Source of the DNA: Lophium mytilinum
Taxonomy: Eukaryota
Length of the DNA stretch: 64,000 nucleotides
Direction of reading: 5' to 3'
NCBI GenBank assembly: GCA_010093605.1
Contig: MU004181.1
Coordinates: 3,596,001-3,660,000 of the forward strand
Position numbers and translations under genes: made by a program. Below the pieces are notes generated by a model. That model saw only the letters and a program-made list of their open reading frames with translations. It was not told the DNA's origin and searched no databases. This document shows positions 36,313 to 48,377 of this stretch, piece by piece; position 1 is the stretch's first letter; every line of letters starts with the position of its first letter.

Positions 36313-36687
36313 ATGGCCGATGCCACCTTTGGCGGGTACAGCCGATTCGAGCTGGAGCTGGAGTTTGTGCAGTGTCTCGGGAATCCCGCCTATCTCAACT
36401 TCCTCGCGACCCAGAAGCTGCTCGACAGCCCCGACTTCGTCGCCTACCTGGCCTATCTGCGCTACTTCGCCGAGCCCAAGTACGCCTGCTACCTCAGGTA
36501 CCGTGTCGCCGCCGCCCACTGCCCGACTCGGCTGCTTACTGATTCTGCGACTAGCTACCCCGGCCCAACCCTGCGCGCGCTCGAGCTGCTTCAACAAGAG
36601 AAGTTCCGCAAAGAAATCCTCCAGCCGACCGTCCTGCACCGCATGGTGGAGGAAGGCATCAAGGCGGCGACGGGCGACAGGACGTGA
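36313..36687 (+). CDS. MED31: Mediator subunit 31 (Soh1)
   Basis: RFELELEFVQCLGNPAYLNFLA...YL.YF.EP.YA.YL|SYPGPTLRALELLQQEKFR. Intron at 36498-36554. Confidence 0.95.
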   Translation: MADATFGGYSRFELELEFVQCLGNPAYLNFLATQKLLDSPDFVAYLAYLRYFAEPKYACYLRYRVAAAHCPTRLLTDSATSYPGPTLRALELLQQEKFRKEILQPTVLHRMVEEGIKAATGDRT

Positions 36688-37297
36688 GCTGTTGGGTCCA
36701 TCTAGACTCCTCATTCTCGTACCGATGCTCTGCGAATGACCTCTGCAGCTGGCCAAGCACCGAACTATTGGAAGCGTATGGGGGGCTTCGGAGGCGTACT
36801 GACTACATTTGGCGATTATAGTGGGCTGTCACGAATCGCGAGGAAGCTTGGCAATATGCTCTGCCTCTGAGAGATTACCTAAACATCACCGTGAAAGATA
36901 TTCAACACTACTTTGAAAGAGTCTCGCATCTGCCCCAGTTTTACACTATCGAGTCAGGCTCATCCAACTCGCACAGTTTGTGTTGTCCATTTAACTACTT
37001 TGTGCCTACCTATTACGCATGTCCCCTTCGGTGCACGTGTTTCTGATAGATCATTATGGTGAACTACGAGGTTGGAATTGGTTGCTTTAATCCACTCTTC
37101 GTCGACGATATGAGCCTCCGCTGGGGTGCCTATTAATAAAGAGCCTCCGGCGATGAAATGCTGCTACCGGCTGACATTTCCCTTTGGAGTTTTCCTAATT
37201 GTGGGGGTATCTTCGCAAATTGGCCTTGCCACTAAACAACTCCAGAGACCTCCAAAACGCCGTATGTAGAAACCACCAGATGCCAAATTGAAGAGCA

Positions 37298-37845
37298 TTA
37301 CTCTCTCCAGCTCCTGCCGCATTTCGTGCACTTGAGTCACGTTAGCTTTATGCTTCCAAAACCCCCATAGCCCGAGGTTATAATGTTGTCGACATACCTT
37401 GTAGAAATTCGTCATAGGCTCATCTGCACTCCGAATCTGTAGCTGGTAGAAGTACGCCTTGTCGTTCCCGCACACGGTACTGGGGCACATCACTATAGAG
37501 AGTCAGTCTTTGCATGACAGTAGTAGAGCTTAAATGACAGCAGCATACCATCCGTCTTGTCCACATTTTCCCACGCCTTCGCGCCGCCGATGACATCCTC
37601 CACATCCTTCTGCTTCATGGCCTTGCGCTCAAAGTATCGCTTGTCGAGGACGTGCTGATAGGGACAGCTGCGGCATTCGAAGCGGTTGGTGCCAACGAGG
37701 TCGTCGGCCGAAGTGTCCGCGGTGCTCGTGATGGTGGACACTGTGAGCATGTTGCTGCAGGCGGGACAGACTGCGAATCATTAGTCGAAAGCTCGTAGTG
37801 ATCGCGTGAAGCTAGAGTAGGAGTGGGGGTCGTACAGAGCAGCAT
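37298..37845 (-). CDS. RPC11: RNA polymerase III subunit C11
   Basis: MLLFCPACSNML, FECRSCPY, VEDVIGG..AWENVDKT and YFYQLQIRSADEPMTNFYK|CTKC. Three introns. Confidence 0.95.
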
Positions 37846-38164
37846 CCTCGCGACTGTTGCGAAGCAGTCCCGCTTGACTTCCGGCTTTTTGTTGAAGATG
37901 GTGAGTCCCAAGAAACCACAATTTATAGTGGGGTGCAGATGAAGTCTGGCGGACCCCTGCTCGTCTTATGGAGACCCGATTCTCCCGCCTTTTGCGCCTC
38001 ACGTCCGACTTCTGCTCTTGCAAGGGTTCACTCTAGAAATAGACACTCAGCCACAGCGACACGCGCTCGCTCATAGCAGCGCGTGCATCTCACTCACTCC
38101 CTGAAGCTCCTCACTCAGTGCATCACGAAGAGGGTTGTCTGCCCCACCAACCCAACCCCACCGC

Positions 38165-38310
38165 AACCTCATACCTAAGCATCATTTAGGCCCCTCATCC
38201 CTCTGCCTCGTCCTCCTCTTCTCTGCCACTGCGGTCGGCTTGTCAGCGTCAATCTTCCACATAAACGACGGCTCAAAGTGCAAGAAAGGAGCCTCGACGT
38301 GGACCGCGTT
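38165..38310 (+). pseudogene. SRF1 paralog relic, piece 1
   Basis: LCLVLLFSATAVGLSASIFHINDGSKCKKGASTWTA versus LRLLVLSFSATALGLSGSIFHLTDQTTCPRGASTWMA at ~47191-47340. Confidence 0.85.
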
Positions 38311-38374
38311 GCTTGTGCGCGCCTCTGCCATCCCAACCCTCCGTCTACTGCTCTAGTGGAGCAGACTGGACGTC

Positions 38375-39052
38375 ATGGCAGAAGACGAAGTATGTGTGCC
38401 CCCGCTGCCTCCACAACCCACCGGCTGACGTCCCATAGGGTGCATCTCCTCGCGAACTCATTCTCGAAGCTTGCCGTCGAAACAACGCCTCCCTCCTCGA
38501 AGAAACATTGGCCGATCTCACCTCCGCATCCAAAAAGGCCGGAAAGAAACCTGTCGACTTCATTGCGGAGGTGCTGAACAAGAGCTACGACGGGGTTGGC
38601 AACGGATGCTTGCATATCGCAGCAACCTATGGAAGCTGTAAGAGCCCTGGCTGGTCGCCGAACCTGCGACAGCGGGCAATATACGCACCAGCATGCTGAT
38701 ATGTTCTATAGATGACGTCCTGGACGTCCTCCTGGACCAAGAAGGCATCGAAATAGACGAGATCGACCGTATGGAGCGCGACACACCCCTTCACAAAGCC
38801 GTCCGCTACGTCAACTCTCTATCCAAGGCTGAATGGTCCTCCGGCCATCATGTTGTTGATATTCTGCTGGATGCCGGATGCGACCCCAGGATACGCAACA
38901 AGGCAAAGCTGAAGCCGGTGGAGCTGGTGGATCCTAGGAATACTGAGCTTAGGAGCATTCTGCAGAAGGGCGAGTTTGCGATGACAGCAGGCGATGATGT
39001 TGTGCATGAGGATGATGATGGGCCTACGGGAAGTGGAAGCGATAGCGACTAG
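38375..39052 (+). CDS. Conserved fungal ankyrin-repeat protein
   Basis: MAEDE|GASPRELILEACRRNN, GNGCLHIAATYGS, DTPLHKAV and AGCDPRIRNKAKLKP. Introns at 38390-38438 and ~38638-38711. Confidence 0.9.
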
Positions 39053-39564
39053 CCTATGAATTGCATGCCCTCCTGCGAGAGGAACGGACGGCGTTGAACA
39101 TCTTCGAGGCTGTCTCCCAGCGTGTTTGCACTGATTGACTTTCTTAGACCTGAAGCGTTCGCAAGCGATACCGACTAGCCTCTGAGCTGCCATGCTGGGC
39201 ATAGAAAAGATGGTACACTCAAGAAGCATTCTGCTTTTTACACACCTGTCTACCGCTGTTTACGGTGCTTCAATGCATTTCTAAAAACATAAATGAGATA
39301 GACCCTCCTATCTCTGGGCTGTAAGAAAATTGTAGGAGCAATCCAAGCAGTGGTAGACAGGTGTACACATGATTCAGCAAGAGAGTGTAGATGAGACACA
39401 GAGTTTTGTTGTGATATCCGTTATATGTTATGGAAGGAATCCGCTTGATTTCTCTATTCCGAATAAGACCACACAGAGAGTGTATTCCATTAGCTGGACT
39501 CCGACGTCTGCTTCGCCAAACTCCCATGTATGCACTGACGTCCCTCGCCCATCCCTAGTCCTGT

Positions 39565-39765
39565 AATCAGCGCAACGAGGAGCGTTCCGGTCAGAGCCTT
39601 TTGGAAGTTGCAAATCTTGTTGTTCTACGGGCAGGTGGTGAAGTAGGCGCGGTAGGCAGGTACGTCGATGGCATCGACAGGCCCATTGTCGTCTTTGAGT
39701 GAAATGAACACCAACAACATGTTTGCGGGGTCGAAGACCACAAACAAAAGATCTAGCAGCGAGAG
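39565..39765 (-). pseudogene. SRF1 paralog relic, piece 2 (opposite orientation)
   Basis: The reverse complement ctgctagatcttttgtttgtggtcttcgaccccgcaaac...aaggctctgaccggaacgctcctcgttgcgctg aligns with 47439-47636. It carries frameshifts and an in-frame TAG. Confidence 0.88.
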
Positions 39766-39812
39766 GGCAGGTAGTAAGCCGGGAGTTGTCGCAGGTCCAA
39801 TGCGCCCCGCAA

Positions 39813-40116
39813 TCAATCTTGTACCTGGACTTCATTAGCTGAGGTCCCTCCAAACAGGGTAATTCCAACATACTTCTGGCGGCTTCCCAACAGGTTGTAT
39901 CATCTTGTCAATCATCTGTGCCCGAACCTTCTCCCGCGGCTGTCCCAGCCCTAGCGATAGGTACTGGAGGACTGGAGGGTGGCCGACGTAGCTCGAGTAC
40001 GTATCGCGCGCAATGTTTGATGTCCATTCGAACTTTGTGGTGTCCGCATGACCTGTGCCGACGTATCGGGCTTGTAGAGCTTCGAGCTGTTGCTGGGCGC
40101 GTAGTTTGTCGGCCAT
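39813..40116 (-). CDS. SF3B5: Splicing factor SF3B subunit 5 (Ysf3/SF3b10)
   Basis: MADKLRAQQQLEALQARYVGTGHADTTKFEWTSNIARDTYSSYVGHP. A terminal micro-exon reads VQD*. Confidence 0.95.
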
Positions 40117-40346
40117 GATGATGGTAGTGGGTGCAGTTAGAAGGTTTGGAGGTTTGGTGCTTAAAGTTGCAGATCGAGGGACAGGTGCACGTGCCGGGTT
40201 ACATAACCCTTCACTTCTCGCTAGCTTCACCAGCATTGCATCCCAAGTCAATTCCACATCTTCAACTTTGGGCAACGAGTTCTTTCCACTACGTCAACTC
40301 GCCGCTATCATATCTTCAACACTCTCCTTAATGGCATAGATATCGG

Positions 40347-40934
40347 ATGCAAATGGATACACAGCCCACGCCCTTCGGTGCCCGCGCAATGTCTCGAGCG
40401 CCTCTAACCCCCACCCCGGCCGACGACTTCAGCACGCTTCCACACTCCTTACCCTACAACGAAGCCTTCGAGAACGACCTCATGCACGCCATCCTCGAGC
40501 CGACATTACAGTCTCTCCCACCGCTATCCGCATGCGAGCAACTCCCAGACGCACCAATGCCCAACCTCCCCGTGCCACTGGACTCGGTGCATCGCATCCA
40601 CCCCTCCCGCTTCCCAGCCCTCCGTCTCACGCATCAGCACGGCTACCACACTGGCGGCCTCGGGCCTTCCCCCACAGTAGCTGCGGTGTATGCGGAGAAC
40701 TTTATTGCTGTGAAGGGTATTGTGCAGCCGGATGAGCTGCGGCGGAGGGTCGACGAGGCGATTGAGGAGAGGGCGAGGGAGGCAGTAGAGAGGATGCAGA
40801 AACGCAAAGAGGCGCTCAAGGAGAATGAGAACACGCGGAAGCAGATTGCGGCGTTGGTGGCGTCGCGGAAAGCTGAGGAACGCGTGGAGGAACGAATCAG
40901 GGCTGAGCGAGAGGAGAAGAGGGCGAAGGGATGA
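40347..40934 (+). CDS. Hypothetical protein with a C-terminal coiled coil
   Basis: Intronless 195-aa ORF, divergent from SF3B5, with an E/R/K-rich helical tail. Confidence 0.75.
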   Translation: MQMDTQPTPFGARAMSRAPLTPTPADDFSTLPHSLPYNEAFENDLMHAILEPTLQSLPPLSACEQLPDAPMPNLPVPLDSVHRIHPSRFPALRLTHQHGYHTGGLGPSPTVAAVYAENFIAVKGIVQPDELRRRVDEAIEERAREAVERMQKRKEALKENENTRKQIAALVASRKAEERVEERIRAEREEKRAKG

Positions 40935-41361
40935 ATTGGCGTATAGAAGGGAAGAGGGAAATAACTTCACGGGATCTGAGGAGGCTTCGTCGATTTTCGA
41001 CAAAGCTGTACCCTGCAAATCCGTCTGAGTCAGACGGTGCGAGGGAGGACGTAAGATGCTGGCTGCGTTGCGCGTAGTTGAGCGTAGGTGCCTCGAGCCC
41101 TCAAAGGTCCTACCGTAAGCCCCCGCCTCGGCCGGATTGGGTGTGCGGTTTTGTGTTAAGCGCCTGTAACATCGGCGCGTGTAGCGATACCGCGCTGGGT
41201 ATGTGGGGAGGATGCTGGAGGACTCTAGGTGGGGCGGCATTATAGAGCTGTGTGTAAGAGTGTAGACATTGTGGATTGGACACGACAATCAGTGTAAGCG
41301 CTGCTTATATCGAGTTATATCATGGTATCGCGCTTTTATTGAACTCCTGAGGTATCCATCC

Positions 41362-43113
41362 TCACGCCCTGTGATCTTTGAACCGTCTTGTCGGGATATG
41401 TGCCGCAAACATAGCATCCAGCTCGTCAAAACTCCTCCCAGCAGTTTCTGGAACACGAAAGAAAACCCACACAACAGACGCCGCTGTGGTGAACGCGAAC
41501 ACAAAGCCGACCTTGCCCTTTAAGTTCGCCTCGTCCGGGCTGAAAAGCGAATTAGCCTAAATGCTCATCTGCTGGAATGGATGCACTTGCTTGATCATGT
41601 ACGGTATGACTGTTGGTAACAAAATACCGAAAAGATTCTGAACAACGATCCCTAAGCCGATTGTCCGAGACCGAAGCCGACTCGAACTTATCTCGGCATA
41701 CAGAGCCCACGCGATTGGGCCCACCGAAAGGAAATATATGCAATTAAAGAGGATGATGCAAATGCTCTGGCCCCAAGCATTGCCGGTGCCATTTGAAGGC
41801 ACAACGTCTAAAATGCCAACCACCAGGTTCATGATGCAGAGGCCACAGGCACCCCAAAGAATCGTAGGCCGGCGGCCGACAGAGTTGATCAGGAGCCATG
41901 AAAATATGTTGCCCACAATGCCAATGGCACCAACTCCCAGTCCAAGGGAGAACGCGTTATCGTTTGAAAGTCCAGCCAGCTCAAAGAAATAGGTAGAGTA
42001 ACCTATGATAAAGACACAGCCCGTCAACTGCGACACGGCGAAAGTACCCATGGCAATCTCGGTCCGACGTCTGTCTGTTCCTCGGAAGCAGTCCGAATAT
42101 GAAGCTGGTTTCTGTGCCGCGTCATCTTGTTCATGCTCGTTGGCCTCCTGGATCATGGAAAGGGTGTTTGCGATATCTCGGTATCCCAATCTGGCAAGGG
42201 CATCAATAGCATCGTCATTCCGGTTCTGTCGGACGAGCCAGACAGGCGACTCAGGACACCAGTGAATCCCGCAGAGGATAATGACCGGAATGACCCATTG
42301 GCACGCGAATGGCAAGCGGTACGCATAACGATCGGTCCTCGTTCCGCAAGCTTTGATAACTCCATTGGCGAGTAACTCCCCGATGCCCATGAACAGGTTC
42401 ACACCAGACGTGCTGATGCCTCGCAGTTCGACTGGACACACCTCTGCGGCATAGGACGACGAAATCGTCAAATAAGATCCGAGGGAAACTCCGTTGATGA
42501 GCTTCCCTAACAGGAGGACGCCATTCTGGTTTGCAAAGACCTGGGCAAAGATCGCAGCACAGCTCACGCAGCAGGCGGCCGCCAGTGCCAACCGTCTCCC
42601 AAAGTGATCCGCCAGATATCCCATGGCTATGCATCCCACAAAGCCTCCAACGGAGGACGCTGTGTTAAAAGCGATTTGCCATTTCGCCTGCAGGACCCAC
42701 GCGCCTTGATATTCGTATCCGAAGTCCTGGCGGAATTTAGGTGTGGAGAGAAGGCCAGCACCAATCTGTGCCATATTGCGTCAGCAACAGTTCCATTCGA
42801 AAGCTTTGTGGCCCATGAACTTTACCAATACGTCGTATCCCCACATGATCCCGCTGAGGGCAACAAAGCTTGCCCAGAACAACGCTTTCTTGTACTCCTT
42901 CACAGCCCTCCAGGTCTGCAGGTTCCCGATACGCACATTTTCTGGCTTTTTGGATAGTGCTGGTGATTCGTTCCATATCTCTGTGCTTTTCAAGGTTTTG
43001 GCCCGATGGTCTTCCTCGTCATTGAAAGGATTGACAGGCTGAATATGCACCATCAATGATTGTCTCCTGCTCAGACCGTCTGCAGCGAATGATTTGATGT
43101 CAATGGCTGACAT
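41362..43113 (-). CDS. MFS sugar porter, maltose/alpha-glucoside permease-like
   Basis: FRQDFGY, ADHFGRR, YAAEVCPVELRG, CPESPVWL, DCFRGTDRRRTEI, AEISSSRLRSRT and PYMI|NPDEANLKGKVGFVF...PETAGRSFDELD. Confidence 0.93.
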
Positions 43114-44672
43114 GAGACCCGCAGAAAAATAGAGAAACTACGCGTGATACCGTGACTTGGATGTGTGGATTTAATTTCGAGCGATTATGTTGTAGGACTT
43201 TCGAAGCGTATCACTGGAGATCACTACCTTTGCAAAGACGTTGAGTCTGAAAATACTCGGATCGGGGCACGACTTGCCACTGGGAGGACCAGGAGAGTTA
43301 TGACGGCGGCAAGTTATCTTCACACCTCTCCGCACCTACCCGCCCCAGAGGTGATAACGTACGCCCTGCTGCAGTGCCCAGGTGCTGACAGAAATAGAGC
43401 TTGCACTAGATACCAAAGTCGGGAGGCGATCTGGATAGGCGTCGAATCGCTGCTCCGTTGATGCGGATGCCGCTGCAGGGTGCCAGTTCGCCCAGGTCGC
43501 CCCAGACCAGGGCGTGTTTCTAGAAGAAAGCGGGAGGCCTTCTGTGGCTTGAGAGCTGCTGGGGAATCGGTCCGCGCGATTTCGAACCTTGAGTCTGGCG
43601 CACGCTATCGAGGTGGTGCAGAGCTAGGGGGCAGAGATGTGGAGTCGCGGCGGGCCCATGCCATCCCTTTATGCAGCCCTCTCAGCCTGGGGCAGGTGTT
43701 TCGTTAATGAATGCCTGCTCGTGGAGATGATGATGCACAGGTGTTGTTGGTGGCCGAAATGAAACACTGCCCATTAGTCTTGACCGTGCCACATAGCGTC
43801 GGGCGACTTCAGACGACGGAGAAAACTCGTCGGCGACAATGCTTCGACGAGCATCATTGGCAACTATAACAATCCTCAGCACGCGTTTGGGCCCGGATTC
43901 TGTTCCTGCGAGGACCGTCAAGCGTTCTTGCAGCCTACTCTCATCAGAGTCCACAATTGAAATGATGAACTCGGCCGAACAACTTGTATTCATGCCTATT
44001 CGCTATCCTCCCGAAAGCCATCGAAGACTGTCAGATGGCCTACCTATCTCAGGGTTTCTGATGGAGTGGGGGAGCATTTTGTCATGTACCTGAAATACGT
44101 CGGTTGAACCGTTGGGAATGCCTAAACCTATGCTCTAGAGAATTCAATTTTTCGTCTAAGTTTCTGATAATGCTCTGATTAACCTTTCGCGTTAGTAAAG
44201 GAATATGGGGCAGGGATAGCTCAAGATAGAGCTACCCCACGCGTAGACAAGAGTATGTAACAGCATAAATAAGACCTGCGGGGCCGCTATTGACAAAGGG
44301 TATGTGTGTTTCGAGTACGTTCAAGTAGCAAGTCTTGGCTGCAATTACGAGGGTGCTGGTTTTCTTGGGGTTGGTAACCCACTGTCATGGTAAAAACAGA
44401 AGTGCCGAATCCAACAAGGCTGATAGAGTTGATATGTGACCCTATTGCTGCGGCTTCGAGGGTTCAGAAGCCCTAAAATGTTGTTTGTAGGACCGGACTT
44501 GAAGGAGGAATGAAGGTTGCTAGCGAGATTCTGGATCTGTAAGGAAGGCTTAGGCGAGAAACTAAACTATTCCACCCTAGACGTCATCTTCAAGCTCACC
44601 GTCACAAACCGTCCTTTGTCCGCCAACCCTGGAAAATACTCCAAGCATCCAGTACAACCTGAGCCAGTCGGA

Positions 44673-45887
44673 ATGGCTAACACCATAGAGGACGAGGACA
44701 GCCAGCCGTTCCCATGGCAGCTTGGTGTGTACGATGCACATTGCCACCCTACTGACACGATGTCGACTGTATCTTCGATCCCAGAAATGAAGGCTCGAGT
44801 ATTAACGGTTATGGCTACGCGCGCTGAAGACCAAGAGTTGGTTGCTCAAACCGCGGATAGGTTCGGGGTCAAGTCTCAAAACCAAGGTTCATGGTCCCAA
44901 GACGAATGCGTTGTTCCCTGCTTCGGATGGCATCCATGGTTCACGCATCAAATGTTTGACGTCGAGGACTTTGGCGGAAAAGAAACACTAGATCAAGACT
45001 CAAAGATATTACATTATCAGACTATTTTGTCTCCCAAGCGGGATCATCTCAGCGAGGAGGAACGTCAACGCTTTGCATCTTTACCTGATCCGAAGCCATT
45101 TTCTCAATTTCTCGAACAGACGAAGCGGTACCTTACCAGGTATCCGCTTGCATTGGTGGGAGAGATTGGCCTAGACCGCTCTTTCAGAATACCAGAAACT
45201 TGGATACCTGGCCATGATGGTAAGAGAGACGAATCTCTTACACCAGGTGGAAGAGAAGGGCGAAAGCTTTCCCCATATCGCGTCAACATCGTACATCAGA
45301 AGAAGCTCTTCAAAGCTCAGCTGCAGCTTGCTGGAGAATTGCAAAGGGCAGTATCAGTACATGGTGTTCAAGCCCATGGCGTCGTCTTTGAAACGTTGCA
45401 AGAGACCTGGAAGGGCTACGAGAAGAAAGTCCTCAGCAAACGAGAGAAGAAGAAGCAAGCTGAAGCGGCAAAGAGCTCCACTCAGCAAGAAGTCTTGGAT
45501 GCGGATGAGAAGCAAGTCTCCCCTAAACCTTTCCCTCCTCGAATATGCCTACACTCCTATAGCGGCAATCCAGATGCTTTCAAGCAGTACCTCAACCCCG
45601 CAATTCCGGCTGAGATCTACGCCTCTTTCTCCACGGCGATCAATCTCTCAGACAAGCAAGATGTGTCTGCTCCGAGCGCTCTTGAGCAACTGATCAAGAT
45701 GATCCCAGATGATCGGATACTGATTGAAAGTGATCTTCACGTTGCTGGCCCAAGAATGGACCAACACCTAGAGGACATGGTCAGAAGATTATGTGGGATA
45801 AAGGGATGGACTCTCAGTGACGGTGTGGAGCAGCTTGGGAGCAACTGGAGGATGTTCGCGCTGGGGCGGATGCAGGATCTAAGCTAA
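44673..45887 (+). CDS. TatD-family metallo-hydrolase (Scn1/Cut9-interacting-like)
   Basis: YDAHCHPTD, CFGWHPW, VGEIGLDRSF, SVHGVQAHG, ICLHSYSG and ILIESD. Confidence 0.92.
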   Translation: MANTIEDEDSQPFPWQLGVYDAHCHPTDTMSTVSSIPEMKARVLTVMATRAEDQELVAQTADRFGVKSQNQGSWSQDECVVPCFGWHPWFTHQMFDVEDFGGKETLDQDSKILHYQTILSPKRDHLSEEERQRFASLPDPKPFSQFLEQTKRYLTRYPLALVGEIGLDRSFRIPETWIPGHDGKRDESLTPGGREGRKLSPYRVNIVHQKKLFKAQLQLAGELQRAVSVHGVQAHGVVFETLQETWKGYEKKVLSKREKKKQAEAAKSSTQQEVLDADEKQVSPKPFPPRICLHSYSGNPDAFKQYLNPAIPAEIYASFSTAINLSDKQDVSAPSALEQLIKMIPDDRILIESDLHVAGPRMDQHLEDMVRRLCGIKGWTLSDGVEQLGSNWRMFALGRMQDLS

Positions 45888-45889
45888 AT

Positions 45890-46190
45890 TAGGGGGTATA
45901 CTTGGAGGTACCCTAGACGGTCGCGAAGGGTAGGAACCACATGGTAAGACGAAGCAGATCGAGAGGCAAGTATTAGACATACCATAGGTCTGATTTAGAG
46001 CCTCAAAGGCTTTACATCTCTTTCCGATCATCTCGAATATGCTGGGGGCACCTCATACACTGACAGCCGGGCGGGAAACTATCGTGTTTGCCGTAACCCC
46101 AATCTGAAGAGTGTGAACTTTACATCTGATTCACAACATCAAAACTGAATTGGACTACTTCAAGTAGTGGCAAACAGATACACATAACTG
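45890..46190 (+). repeat. Dispersed degenerate copy of the array A/C motif family
   Basis: gaggtaccctagacggt (~45905), ctttacatct (x2), gggggcacctca (~46044) and tacttcaagtagtggcaaacagatacaca (~46156). Confidence 0.55.
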
Positions 46191-46697
46191 TATGAGCCAA
46201 GAAGGTGGAGATGAATGTGTCACGTGCCCATGGACATTCTGCCAATTTCAAGGCGTTACAAGCTATTACCTCATTTTTCTAAGACTGAGTACACTTGCCT
46301 GGCTCTGCTCGAGGTCCTCCAGGCAATTATTAGAAGCTCCGAAGCTCCCATGTTGGCAAGCGTCATAGCGGGCCGGGCCACCTCCAACGGTGTTGGTTGG
46401 ACGAATGTCAAGCAAGGCTGAGCGGGAGGGCTAGCTCTAGATTTCACCCAGGTTGGCACTCATATTCAAGGTTCCTGCTCCTGCGTACACTTACCTACTA
46501 CCGTCTGAAATCCTCCAGGACATCATCAAAAGCTGCAAATCAACCGTCTCGGCAAAGTGTCATAGCTCTCCCCGCGACAACGCGCCTGCACGCGCCGGGA
46601 TCGGCGCTAGGTTCTTCCGGATCAACATAGGTAAACTTAGGCCGAGGGGTCTTACTTCAAGCTCTCTACATCGTTATCCCCAAAGCGCCCGACAAGC

Positions 46698-47706
46698 ATG
46701 CAGTCGACGATGCGTCCAGTGCAGAGCCGACCTCGTAAGCTTCTCCCCAGTGTCTAGAAGCTCCTCACTAACCGCGCGCAGCGTGGGCCTTCTCGTCATC
46801 ATCTGGGGATGATGAGACCCCCGACTCTCCTTGTCCACCACCTACTCCGACCCGCTCCCAACTCGCCGCGTTATCTCGACAGCACGATCGCTTAAGAGAA
46901 GCAACGCCCCCCACAATCACCAAAACTCCAGAGGAAAATGTCGCCCAGTGGCATCGTTTCATCGCCCAAGGCCCGTTACCAACACGCGCCCCAGCTGGGG
47001 CACACATCGTCGACGACGACTGGATAAAAGCAAACATGGCCGACCTCGAGGCAGAGCCCCTCGCTCCCATGATTATTCCAACAAAACAGCCGGAAAAGGC
47101 TACTGGCCTCCATCTTGTCTGGAAGAAGACGAGAGTAAGCCTCAGCTCACTACGCTGCGTCCGGTCTTTGGAGCTAATTGTCAATTTTAGCACGCCCTTT
47201 TGAGCAGTATCTGGGTTCCGTTCTTCCTCCGCCTCCTCGTCCTCTCCTTCTCCGCCACCGCCCTCGGCCTGTCAGGCTCAATCTTCCACTTAACCGACCA
47301 AACAACGTGCCCGAGAGGAGCCTCGACATGGATGGCGGTGATTTATGACACTATTGCCGTCGTGTACACCGGGTACGTCATGGCAGACGAGTTCAATGCG
47401 TCACCGCTTGGGCTCAGGTCAAAAGGCGCCAAGTTGAGTCTCTTACTGCTAGATCTCTTGTTTATGGTCTTCAACTCCGCAAACATATCGTTGGCGTTCA
47501 ATGCACTTAACGACGACAATTGGGCCTGTCGCGATACCACCGGCGCACCTGGCTCGCCTTACTCGATCTGCCAGTTAAACCACAAGATCTGCGACCACCA
47601 AAAGGCACTGACCGGAACGCTCCTTGTTGCGCTGCTTGCGTGGCTGACAACATTCACCATTTCTATCTTCAGAGTCATCGAAAAAATTGACCAACGACGG
47701 TCGTAA
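46698..47706 (+). CDS. SRF1: Regulator of phospholipase D Srf1-like membrane protein
   Basis: Two introns (~46735-46781 and ~47135-47190). C-terminal four-TM region with ASTWMAVIYD, DEFNASPLGLRSKGAKLSLLLLDLLFMVFNSANISLAF and ICDHQKAL. Confidence 0.82.
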
Positions 47707-48377
47707 ATAAAGGGCCTTTTTGTGCTGCATAGCGTCGGCGTTTTGGGGGAGTCTTTCGGGGCTATTGATACCTTTGAGTCTTTCTTTTGTCCTTCACGAC
47801 CATATTGCTAGCAGCAACGAAACACTTTCCTAGGTTCGATGTATACTACCATAACATGTGTTTTATTACTCGTTCAAAACTACCTATATGAGGCACTACA
47901 ATGTACTCCAAACAATTTAAACAGGATGTAAAGCTCCGGACACGTCAATTTAGGCGTACTGTAAACCAAGTAGCTTTCCGTCCGTATGATAGTGTCAAAA
48001 TTGGCACGCTTTGGATTAGACGGATTGTCATTTGGTCCTCGTCCACGACTGTACTAGGTGCTTCAACATAACCAGAACGATATCATCAGGATGTACGGTT
48101 TGGTACCCTTTAAATCAGACGGCGTATAATTTATGTTTGCTATTCCTTCATAAACTGCAGAAGGTGCTTCAACAGATTCAAAATGATATGTTCAAGACGT
48201 GAAGTTTCGTACCCTTCATATCAGAAGAGTGCTTATTCTGTTTTTCGACTCCTTTACAACCGTATGAGGCGCCCCAACGTATATGAAATATCTGAACAGG
48301 ATGTCACGTTTTGCACCCTTCATGTCGTGAGCGACGCGCTACGAAATCGGAAAAAGAAAGAGTGTGGCCATTCAAAC

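Noticed and set aside
31569..40116. Functional cluster of nuclear genes (RAD51 paralog, MED31, RPC11, SF3B5)
   Set aside because: These are unrelated housekeeping genes, and adjacency is expected in a compact fungal genome.
43682..44093. ORFs in the transporter-TatD intergenic region
   Set aside because: No recognisable motif or splice structure.
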